NCBI GenBank assembly: GCA_013265495.1
Contig: MU058213.1
Location: forward strand, 6,035,149 to 6,099,148
From: Vicugna vicugna
Lineage: Eukaryota
Direction of reading: 5' to 3'
Length of the DNA stretch: 64,000 nucleotides
Below are positions 40,403 through 50,831 of this stretch, one piece after another (positions within the stretch are counted from its first letter, which is position 1; the number at the start of each line of letters is the position of its first letter). A program made the translations under genes and the position numbers. The notes under the pieces were generated by a model. It saw only the letters and a list, made by a program, of their open reading frames with translations, searched no databases and was not told the origin of the DNA.

Positions 40403-40543
40403 TTACTAACCTTTAATTTAATCAATCATGTACTTTAGTTTAATGTATAAAGATCCTCTAGAAGATGATAATATTGTGTATTAAGACATTCCTTAATTAG
40501 GACAAAATGGCTGCTGTATATTTACAATATGGAGTTCTGAGTT
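40403..40543 (+). repeat. Copy B of the local direct duplication, inside the RNF111 3'UTR
   Basis: Core at 40437-40460 equals 39381-39404; further shared blocks tattaagaca and atggctgct(g/a)tatatttacaa. Confidence 0.85.
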
Positions 40544-41516
40544 AAATACCACCCTTAATACTGGGAACAGAATACAAACCATATTCAATCAGATGCAGGT
40601 GGTATTCACATCACCAGAGTGATCAATAGAAATTTTCTTGATGTATCCTTTTCCTTTCAGCACAATGCAGATAGAGTTGAATATTGATATCATACATTTA
40701 GACTGCTGTTCTGATTGTATTTATCTTTTTCCTACATCGTTTAGAACTTTATTTCCCAGATTCAATTTTTGCTGCTGTGAAACAGCTCTGATGAACACTA
40801 AATATTAATTTCAATTAGCTGGATTGTATATACTTGCAGATTTAATGAAATTTTAGGGAAATTGAAGAAGACATGTAGAATTTTATTCAGTCTTCTGCTA
40901 AGCACGTATAGTAAAGATATCTGCTTACGTTGATTTTATAAACACATTCAGTCAGGATTTAGAATTGCAGTCATTGGCAGGTATCTATGCATTCATAGAA
41001 CTACTAAGGGTCCCAGGATCACTTTTAAAGGGATTTTTATTAGTTTAAAGACAAATAAAGTCAGCTGAATCTACATGTCTCTTGTTTTATTTCTCTTTAA
41101 ACTTGAAAACAGTAAATCTGCAGATACTGTGAGGCACAAATTATACTGTCAACCTACTGTTGCTCTGGTTTTAGACTCCCACTTCATACATTACCAAGAG
41201 TCGATCACTGATATAAAAGTTTTAATTTCTATAGTTAAAATTTACTGCATAATATAGAATATTAAAGTTAAGTTAATGTACTAACATTTCTCCTTTGGAG
41301 AAAGTTTTAATCCACTTCAGGATGCATATTATCAAGATACTTTCATATACAGGATAGCCTAATTTTATTTGTCTAAATATGCTTAATACACCCCAGATTG
41401 CAAATGCATCAGTCAGTAACATCACTGTCTGTATGTGGAAGACATGTTCCCATGGATCATATGTGAAGATGTCAATAAGCTTGCATTAAGCCACCTGCTT
41501 TGTAAGTGGATTGATT

Positions 41517-41522
41517 AATAAA
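41517..41522 (+). terminator. Probable RNF111 polyadenylation signal AATAAA
   Basis: TGTA upstream (41501), AATAAA, then GU/U-rich tgtctttgtgtttc ~20-30 nt downstream. Confidence 0.7.
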
Positions 41523-43649
41523 TAACTTATATTTCTATTGTCTTTGTGTTTCATAATTAGTTTTTATAAAACAGTTTATATTAAATATCTTGGAGTTCAA
41601 ACATAGTGATTTCACTCAAGTTGATACTTGCATAATTTGTTGTTTGTATTCATTCAGTTATGACTGCTTGCCCCTTTTTTGGTATTAGTAAATGTTACAC
41701 TGATTTTGTCAAAATCAACGTGCTTCAACATAGAATGTGTAGAGATGGATGATGGAGTATGGTTAAGAGATTTTGATATAAAATACTATTTTTAAAAAGA
41801 ATACTTGATTAAGCTACAGTTGTAGAAGGGTGTAGTGGGGAGACAGAAAGGAGACTTATGTCTGCCATCTTACTGGGAAAAAGAGCTAGTAGCCTGTGTT
41901 GGATGTAGGACTTTACCACTGGAAAACTCAGGGTCCATGCCGAGAGATAAGACAGGGAGAATACTATACAATGGAGTCCTCTTGACGTTCCCCAAAACAC
42001 AATTACAGATAGATTTCTCTATTTTTTAGTATTACATGAGATTTAGATACACAACTACCTGTTGACTTGTTTAATAATTGCTACTGATTTTTTTTAATAC
42101 AGATAAAGCGTCATTACTTTAAAATGTATTTAATGCAAGTATTCATAGCATATACCTGAACTGTTAATGCAGGAACTTATTAAACTACTACATTTAATTA
42201 CAGAAAAATGTGATTAGTAATGAACCAAGTAAGGAAGAAAATAATTTTTAGTATTTTAATTTTTTGTGCTTTGTTTTGGTGTCTTCCATATCCTGCTATA
42301 TCTTATGTCAAAATGAAAATTTCAGTGATAGCTGTCCAAATACTTTAAAATTCTTTTGTCAGCAAATTCTTATTTTCATTGTTAATACACAAATGATAAA
42401 CTGGTATTTAAAATATATTTCTTATTTGGTGACTTTATTTTAGCTTCTAGCACACTTCATCATTTGAACCATAACAATTTGACATACAGAAAACCAGCTC
42501 TGTTTTTAAAATGGTATTTGTAACACAAATTAAAGTATAAACTCTGTGGACATTTCTAGTTTTTCATGAATGAAAATAACTTAATTCTATAGAAAATGCA
42601 TCCTGATTTCTAATTTATCTTCCAGAAACCTCTGGAAACACAGTACATTTTCTTGCTTATTCAGGACTTCACATGTCACAGTATTGGGTATATCCAGGTT
42701 GAAATATTTTCTCTCAGTTAAAGATTTCAGTCATTTCCCTAAATTTAAACATTATGTCCAAAACAACTATTTATTTCTTAAAAAAATAAATGTTACTAAT
42801 TTTGTGGTTGGGCTTGCTGGGGACAATTTCTTTTCTCTCCTGTGTATTCTGAACAAATTCAGAGGCCACACATAGGATCTTTTGAAGTTGTGAAAAGAAT
42901 ATAGGATTTAATGTCAGACTTGGGCTTTAAACTGTGTAAGCTCAAAACAACTTAAGCTTTCTGAGCAGCATCTTATCTATAACAGAAATGGTTTGCTATT
43001 GGAATTAAATGAGATGATGAGTGTAAAGAGCTTTGCATATAGTACATCCTTAAGAAAATACATTCCCCTAATGCTCACTCCATCCCACTCCACCACCCAA
43101 ATAGCCTTGCCTTTAATAACAAAGGATAGTAGCATAGCGAGGTGCTGAACCATAGATCAGTATTTGCTGCTAATCTTTCTCTTACTGAGAACAAGCAACA
43201 GATTACTAGGTAAGAAGTAACAATTCTCTTCAGCTCTTCTCTGACGGGTTGAAATTTTCCTTCTACTGGAGGAATGGAAGATTCCCAGCACGTGTGCTTG
43301 CTTGCTTTCCTTGCCTTGCAATCACGACAGGCACGTAGTTGCCCATAAATGCCATCCACTGCTGTGTTTTAGGCAACTACTTAACTGCCATTGGATCAGA
43401 ATTGGCACAAGATTTGAAACCTCTTTGCACTTAAAGAAAATTTCATGGAGAAATTAACAACTAGAATTTCTCATTCACTCCTAATTTTACTCCTCATCAA
43501 ATTGTGTTATGCAGGGATTGGGTGCCCATTAAGGGTTAATTAAGCACACTACTAAGCTGTCAATGTTGTATTAGCTGCTTCTAGGCTTTGAATAGGCTGG
43601 TAGTTATGACTGAGAGAGCATTTGGAAGTTACGGGTTTCCAGGACAAGA

Positions 43650-44138
43650 TTTTTTTTTTAATTGAAATATAGTCAGTTTACAATGTTGTGTTAACTTCTG
43701 GTGTACAGCATATATATATATTCCTTCTCATATTCTTTTTCACGGTAGGCCATTACAAGGTATTGAATATAGTTCCCTGTGCTATATATACAACAGGACC
43801 TTGTTGTTTATCTATTTTATATATAGTAGTATCTGCTAATCCCAAACTTCTGATTTATCCCTTCCAACCCCCTTACCCGCTAGTAACCATAAGTTTGCTT
43901 TCTGTCTGTGGGTCTGTCTCTGTTTTGTAAATAAGTTCACTTGTGTCCTTTTTCTTTTTCTTTTTCTTTGTTTTTAGATTTCACATGTAAGTGATATGAT
44001 ACTTTTCTTTCTCTTTCTGCTTATTTCACTTAGTATGACAATCTCCAATTCCATCCATGTTGCTGCAAATGGCATTATTTTATTCTTTTTTATAGCTGAG
44101 TAGTATTCTGCTGCATGTGTACACCACAACTTCTTTAT
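43650..44138 (-). mobile_element. L1 3' end (~490 bp) with TSD
   Basis: Poly-T, L1 3'UTR and ORF2-end motifs (tccatccatgttgctgcaaatggcattatttt). TSD ggtttccagga at 43634-43644 and 44139-44149. Confidence 0.88.
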
Positions 44139-44681
44139 GGTTTCCAGGAGAAACTTTTAATTAGCCCAAATTTCATGTCTCTTTTAATCCTTTATCACTA
44201 CAAAGAATGGTTAGTTTCACTAACTGCTAATTTTCATTGTGGACTCTCTGAGTCAGTTTTGCTTTAGATGGTAATATTCAGTGTTTGTTTAGGGAAAAAC
44301 TTTGGATGGTGTAAAATTCTACAGATTGTTATTGATACATCGCGTACTAGAAAGGAAGAATTTGGGTTCTACCATGGCCTGTGTGTCTAACAACACAGCT
44401 CAAGATACTCAGATTTCCATTCTGACCTGTTATCTTAGTGATTCTGTTTTTTAGATTCTGAAGAGCCTCTATAAGAGGAGTGTTTGACAAGGGAATTGGA
44501 AGAGATATGGTAAGTCTCCCATCCACTGCATACCAGTCTGCCTTTTAAAAGGAATGGATGTCTTTCACTGAACTGTATCTAGACTACCATACTGTTAGTT
44601 TTTGCTCAAAGAGTAAGTTGTGGTGGACTTGGGTTCCTAGAACTTCATTGTTAGCTACACGCTCCCCTAACCCCAAATGCT

Positions 44682-45241
44682 TGTATTATTTATTGCTGTG
44701 AAAGTTATCTATTGCTTGGTAACCCTGAAACTTAGTGGCTTAAACATCAAGATCTAAAGTTTCTGTGGGTCAGGAATTTGGGAGCAGCTTAGCTTGATGC
44801 TCCTGGCGCAGGGTGCCTCATGATGTTACAGTCAAGATGATAGCAGGTGCTGCAGTCATCTGAAGTCATTGCTGCATCTGGATGATCTTTGTCCAAGATG
44901 TCCACTCCCATGGCTATTGATAGGAGGCTTCGGTTCCTTACTGGCTGTTGGCCAAGAGACCTTACTTCCTTGTTATGTGGGCCTCTTCAAAGGACTGCTC
45001 AAATGTCTTCACAGCAGGGTAGCTGGCTTCCCTAGAGCAAGTGATCCCGGAGAGAGCAAGGAGGATTCTCCAGTGACATTTTTCATCTAATCTCGGAAGT
45101 TACATATACTCTTTCATTTCTGCCACATTATATTCATTAGAAGCAAGTCACTAAATATAACCTATACTCAAGAGGAGTTGATTAAGTTCCAACATTTGAA
45201 GCTATAGCAAGAATTTGTGCATATATTTTTAAAACACCACA
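44682..45241 (-). mobile_element. MaLR MLT1-type solo LTR
   Basis: tgtatt...gaaacttagtggcttaaac...ttctgtgggtcaggaatttgggagcagcttagct...gctgcagtcatctgaag...aaaacaccaca. Confidence 0.8.
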
Positions 45242-45247
45242 GTTGGT

Positions 45248-45390
45248 GGGGAGAGGCGGGGTATAGCTCACTGGTAGAGCACATGCTTAGCATGCATGAA
45301 GTCCTAGGGTCAATTTCCAGTACCTCCATTAACATAAACAAAAGCCTGATCACCGCCTCCCCAAATAAACAAAAAGATAAAAACAAAACA
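45248..45390 (+). mobile_element. tRNA-derived SINE next to an MLT1 LTR
   Basis: ggggtatagctcactggtagagcacatgcttagcatgcatgaagtcctagggtcaatttccagtacctcca plus A-rich tail. Confidence 0.88.
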
Positions 45391-45789
45391 CGCTTTGTTT
45401 TTAGTTAGTAACCCTCTTATCCCCTTTGTCAAGACCCAGTCTTCAGATATCAGGACTTCTGTGGCCAGAAATTCTATCAGACCGGCTTCAGTGCTTCCCA
45501 GGTCTCTCAGTTACATCTGATCTATGGTTCAGCATGAAATAAACTGTGCCCTCAGGAGGCAACCAGATGCCAAAACATCTGGAAATGGCTCAGGCACTCA
45601 AGTTTCCTGTGCAAAAAATCTTCAAAGAATGTTTCTGAGAATTCAGAGTTTACAAATAATTATAAATCCTAGCGGCTGTGTTATGTTTTCCTAAACTGTG
45701 ACACCATAGGAAACTAGTAAGATACAAGACAATTCCAGCAAACAAAAAGCTTATTTGGTGCAAGGATTGGGAATACCCCTAAGTAAATC

Positions 45790-46283
45790 TGTCTGTTACC
45801 TGTTACGTAACAAACCACCCCAAATTTTAGTGACTTAAGCATGACATTTATTTACTCATAGTTGTATAATATGGGCAGGGCTGGGCAGGAACAGCTCTAT
45901 CTCAGTGTGATATGACTGGTTTTCTTTGTGGGGCCGCATTCAGCGGGGAGTTTTCCTGGAATGGAGTGCCCATTATGGCTTCCCTTAGATGTCTGATGCT
46001 TTAGCTGGGATGGCTGGGACAGCTGAAGACTCACTGGACATTTCTTTGTCTTGATGTAGGTTCACTAGTGAGGGATAGCTAGTCTTATTTACATGGTGGC
46101 TCAGAGCTCCAAGAAGAAATTGTCAGGTCTCCCAAGACCTAGGCCTGGAAGTGGTACAGTATCATTTCTGACACATTCTGTTAGTCAAAGCAAGGCTAGC
46201 CCAGATTCAAGGGGCGGGGAAATAGACTACACCTGTTGATAGAAGTGGCAGCAAAAAAAGTGTGGCCATCTTTCATTTATCAC
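45790..46283 (-). mobile_element. Second MaLR MLT1-type solo LTR
   Basis: cgtaacaaaccaccccaaattttagtgacttaa...ttacatggtggctcag...ggctagcccagattcaaggg...gtggccatcttt. Confidence 0.78.
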
Positions 46284-46591
46284 AGTACAGTAAAGCAAGG
46301 GCCGCTGCTTTGTTAGAATCCCTAGTGCAAACTTCCTGAATACATTTAGTTCCCCCCCAACCCCCGCCAAACCAAAGCTTAGCATATGGAGAAGGCATAT
46401 GTGCAAATGGTCTATTTTTTCAAGTGTAATCATCAGGGGAATCAGTGATGGAGGAACTTTCACTTCCCTACACTGATGTTTGAGAAAAAGAAACATATGG
46501 AATGGAGATAGCTAGGTATTTCTGGTCTTTTGACTGCCAGATCTTCGTGTAATTTAGAAACTCTTTCTGCAGGATTCCTGATAGATGGTTA

Positions 46592-47050
46592 CTGTGATAG
46601 TTTTATGTGTCAATTTGACTGCACCACTGGGTACCCAGACGTTTGGTCAAACATTATTCTGAGTGTATCTGTGGGGGTGTTTTCTAGATGAGATTAACAT
46701 TTGAATCTATTGCCCTCCCTAATGTGGGTGGGCCCCATTCAATCAATTGAAGGCCTGAATAGAACAAAAAGACTTACCTCCCCTCCTCCCATACCCCATG
46801 AGTAAGGGAGAATTTCTCCTCTTCACTGTCTTCAAATTGGGACATTGTTTTTCTCTTGTCTCTGCACTCAGACTGAGACATGGGCTCTTCCTGGGTGACT
46901 AGCCTACCAGCCTCTGGACTGGAATCACATCACTGGCTCTCCTGAGTCTGCAGCTTGCAGACTGGAGATTGTAGGCCTCGTCAGCTTCCGTAATTTTATG
47001 AGCCAATTCCCTACCTATCTGTCTATCTGTATTTCTGAAGAAACCTGGAA
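46592..47050 (+). mobile_element. ERVL MLT2-type solo LTR
   Basis: tgtgatagttttatgtgtcaatttgactg...aaacattattctgagtgtatctgtg...gatgagattaacatttgaat...tgaaggcctgaatagaacaaaaag. Confidence 0.85.
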
Positions 47051-47343
47051 AATTCAATTATCATGCCTCTGGTTATATTCTTCCAGGGATGATGAGGTCA
47101 CATTTGTGGAAGAAGCACATTTCTTTTGTAAACAATTAAAATCACTCATTCTTTTCCTTTGGTATTTGTTCCTCTAATTTCAGCCATAGGGTCCTATTCT
47201 ATATTTTAGAACAATGTAAAAATAAGTCTGGCTTCTTGCTATATGCTAGCTCCTCAGTTACTATAGGACAGCTATCTTGATTTATTTCGCCTTTCTCTAA
47301 GTGAAATATCCTTAGAATTCTTTTGTTTAAACTGGATCTTAAG

Positions 47344-47477
47344 GGGGGAGGGTGTAGCTCAAAGTGTTAGAGGTATGCTTAGCATGCAGGAGTTCCTGGG
47401 TCAATCCCCAGTACTTCCTCAAAAAAAATAACCTAATTATCTACCCCCCCAAAAAATTTTTTTAAAAATAAAAATGG
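47344..47477 (+). mobile_element. tRNA-derived SINE with perfect 13-bp TSD
   Basis: ggagggtgtagctcaaagtg...tcctgggtcaatccccagtac. TSD actggatcttaag at 47331-47343 and 47478-47490. Confidence 0.92.
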
Positions 47478-48291
47478 ACTGGATCTTAAGCCTCTTAGCT
47501 ATTCTTGTCACTATTTTCTGGATGTTTCTAGTTTATCATCAATATTTCTCAGAAAATGATACCTGTAAGTGATCATCCATCTGGATGTGGTGTGAGCATT
47601 AAAAAGTGTGGAGTTACCTGAACTTGCTCATGCGAATGAGTTAGGTCTTGGAATGGTGGTATTTTCTAAGGGAGCACAAGTTTCCTAAAGGACAGGTGTG
47701 GGAATGGAAGGAATAAGAATGAATTGAAAAAGGAATACACACTGAAGGGAGATGAGACACAGTCTCACTCTCATCTGTGTGAGAGTGGGATTGGTTCTCA
47801 CATCGCAGTCGGCCTGCACACCCAACAGGCAGAGCTTCACCCAGAACTGGGGCAGCCACTGAAAAGTCAACTTGATATGTCAGTTGGGATATTCTCTGCA
47901 TTCTGTAGCTCCTCAAGTTTCCATCAAAGCACGTCTGAGTCTCAACCATCTAACACAGTGCAGCCCTAAGTCACGCAGAGGCGTCTGCCTGTTTCACGAC
48001 CCAGGCAGGCTAACCCAACCTAAACTACAACTCGAAATTTCCGGAAGAGGAATAGAGGTTAAAAACGACAATTTTCAGGGTGTTCCCTAGAACCAACTTC
48101 TGCCCACCCAGTATAAACGTAGACATCCGTAATTGAGGCCTTGTCAAAATTCAGAGGGTCCGAAGTCTGTTTTCCCAATGAAGTATTTCATTTTTGTTTA
48201 TCTTAGGGGCCGAGATTTTTTTAAAAGATAGTAGGCAGAAAAAAAAACCCAACCGGTTGTTACGACGACCAAACGGGTCTGGAAAATTCAG

Positions 48292-48361
48292 CCAATCAGC
48301 CTGCGGGAATGCCTCCGGCTCAGCCAATGGGAAGAGCGCGTCGTACATAGGGCCGCCCAAT
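48292..48361 (+). promoter_or_regulatory. Three NF-Y CCAAT boxes (48292, 48324, 48357), spaced 32 and 33 bp
   Basis: agCCAATca, agCCAATgg and gcCCAATgg. Three CCAAT boxes about three helical turns apart are the known cyclin B2 promoter architecture. Confidence 0.9.
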
Positions 48362-48372
48362 GGGGCCGCGAG

Positions 48373-48388
48373 CTGCGCGGTATTTGAA
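48373..48388 (+). promoter_or_regulatory. CHR element TTTGAA (48383-48388) with GC-rich CDE-position sequence upstream (DREAM/MMB site)
   Basis: ctgcgc-ggta-TTTGAA directly downstream of the proximal CCAAT box, as in G2/M gene promoters. Confidence 0.88.
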
Positions 48389-48533
48389 TCCTGGAGCTAG
48401 GCGACTTCGCGAATATCTCCAGCGGTGCGGTCCGGGAGAGAAGTTCTAACCGCGCCGCGGTAGATAGTGCTCTTGGTTTCCAGTCCGCGTCCCTCCTTGG
48501 GCCGGGCTGCCACTCGTGCCTGTCCCGGTCCTC

Positions 48534-48557
48534 ATGGCGCTGCTCCGACGCCCGACG
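48534..48557 (+). CDS. CCNB2: CCNB2 (cyclin B2) exon 1 coding part, MALLRRPT
   Basis: ctcATGG start; MALLRRPT is the cyclin B2 N-terminus; donor ACG|GTGAGT. Confidence 0.95.
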
Positions 48558-50483
48558 GTGAGTGGGCCGGCGACCCCGCAACGGCCTGGGCCCCGGCCGC
48601 GCAGCCCCTCGCCCGCCTCTGGCTTCTCATTCTCTCCTCTGCTCGGAGCTTCTTCATCCCAGCCCGTGCCGCTTTCCCTTCGTCCCGGCTGCCCAGGGCC
48701 TGCGGCCTGTCCTCTGGCCGGCCTCCCCGCCTCGCTTCCGCTCTCCCTTCCAGCTCCTGGCCTGTCCGTCTCTGCCCCGGGGCTAGGGAAGGGTTGGAAA
48801 GCGCCTCGGGGCCGGCACTTGTCTCGGGAGCCTCCCGAGCGCCGGGCCGAGGACTCGGCGAGCGATCCCCGAGGGCCCTTTGTCGTTCGAGAGTTAGCTA
48901 AATACAGCTTCTTGGGGTTCCGCTGCTCTGTTCTCAAACTCCTTGCCAGCTAAGGGATCCGTGGTGGGGATGAGGGGAAGGATTGGAAGAAATTCACAGG
49001 CTGTAGAGTGCTATGGCTGTTTTTCAGATTTTTTTTCACATTTCGCTCTATATGAGTTTCCTATTTACTCCTGCACACGAAGTCTTCCAGGCTAAGTTCA
49101 CTAATGTATGGGTTTTTACCGTAAAAAATTATTACTCAAGTGTGATAGAGATTTTGCATTTAATTTGGAGCACTGTGGCAGACTGAGAGAGAAGGGTCCA
49201 AATTCATTTATTTCATCTCTGCGAACAGCAAAGTGTTTATGGTATTTTGGATTATTTTTATGGATTTGAATTGAGCCTGGGTCTACTTTTTTCTTTGCTG
49301 AAAAATAGAGGGCCATGGCACACCTGAACTCCATTCTCCTGGCTGTAGGCTAGTTAAAAGCTGCCCATTTTCCCTTCCAGGTGGGTTTAATTTAGTCAGA
49401 TTACCAGGCTTCAATCCATAAGCATTAAACTTTAAAACACGTTTTTAAAAACTGACAGTAACTGCTGGAAAAATGGAACAGTGTGACTTTTGAGAATCCT
49501 AATGGGTTGAATACATTCAGTATTTAATTGCTATCCTTTTGTGAGTCTGAGTCAAACTGTTAAGTAATTTTTGTCTATCCCATAAAGTTCTTTCATAGTC
49601 AAGTTCTTTTTATTCAGGAAAGGCTTGAGTTTTTCCCCGCCTCTCTTTCTGACCTGGTAAGTCCATTAAAACACTCTGTTGGAAAGTTTTTTTAGGATTA
49701 GGACCCCCCAGTTCTCAGGAATAGTACATGCTGTTTTGTTGTTGTTTTTTTTCCATGAAATGTTTATCACCTACAATAAAATACACCTTTTTGTGTGTGA
49801 ATTGCTTTTCCTAACAAGTTTTGTTTCTAAGCCCATTCTGTCTAAAGCAGATTAAGGTCAAATAACGATTTTTTTTATTTCATATAATTCCAACTTTCTC
49901 TAAATTTGAGATAAAACTATTTTACTCATAAAAACTATTTTCTTTCTAAATATCCTTAGAAGAAGAGAGAGTGCATGCTATGGCAGCCTCGTTGTAAACT
50001 GCTGTGTCTCTAAAGATCGTGTCTACAGGAGCATTTATTTCTAGCATGGCATAAGAATCAAAGCTAGTTTAGGTTTTAAGCAGCTCGTTTTCAAACAGCC
50101 AGACCTATTACAGCTGTTTAGTACTGCGTCTTAATTGCATTTGTTACTCATCTCTGTCTAGGAAGGTTTTTAAATAGATGCCTTTAATAGGCAGGGATCT
50201 CTAGTAAGTGACATGTATACTATATGAGACATAATCACTTGTCGGTGAAGCTCTTAGTGAGATTTTTTTCCCCTAAGTAAGATGGCCGAGTGATTTGCTT
50301 AATTTACTGTAATGCGATAAATCACATAGCATTTTTAGACTTGTCCCCTCTATTTTTCCCTTTCACAGATAGATCTCAGCATATTCACCTTTCCCAAATC
50401 AATTCTGAATTTGGATATTTGACATTAGCAAAGTATTATAAATTGTCTCAACTTTATGTTTTTCCCTTTTTTTTTTTTTTTAG

Positions 50484-50612
50484 GTTTCCACTGATCTAGA
50501 AAATATTGACATAGGTGTTAATCCCAAACCCAAGAGTCATGTGACTGTCAGGCGGGCAGTTTTAGAAGAAATTGGAAATCGAGTTACAACCAGGACCACA
50601 CAAGCAGCTAAG
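50484..50612 (+). CDS. CCNB2: CCNB2 exon 2 (129 nt), destruction box RAVLEEIGN (50553-50579)
   Basis: Poly-T tract then tag|GTT; translates [43 protein letters not shown]; donor AAG|GTAACA. Confidence 0.96.
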
Positions 50613-50717
50613 GTAACAACTGTGAAGACAGTACGCATGCACCCCGGGCTGACTGTGTAGAGCGCTGAGGGGTGATGTTGGCCGTCCTGCCCTATTCACA
50701 TTGCTTTTTCCTTGTAG

Positions 50718-50831
50718 AAAGCTCAAAACACCAAAATACCTGTTCCACCCACCAAAACGACCAATGTCAACAAGCACCTGAAACCTACTGCCTCTGTGAA
50801 GCCAGTGCAGATGGAAGTGTTGGCTCCAAAG
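50718..50831 (+). CDS. CCNB2: CCNB2 exon 3 (114 nt)
   Basis: Acceptor tttttccttgtag|AAA; translates [38 protein letters not shown]; donor AAG|GTAGGG. Confidence 0.95.

Larger units (their letters stand above)
40007..41545 (+). other. RNF111: RNF111 3'UTR (3' end approximate)
   Basis: AU-rich sequence after the stop codon with no interspersed repeats I could recognise, running to AATAAA plus a GU-rich downstream tract. Confidence 0.7.
48250..48960. promoter_or_regulatory. CpG island over the CCNB2 promoter, exon 1 and start of intron 1
   Basis: Abrupt GC- and CpG-rich stretch in an otherwise CpG-depleted window. Confidence 0.9.

Noticed and set aside
48288..48953. Overlapping 97-163 aa ORFs on both strands
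   Set aside because: Expected in a stop-poor CpG island; only MALLRRPT followed by a GTGAGT donor fits a known protein. The in-frame GTG at 48516 has no support as a start.
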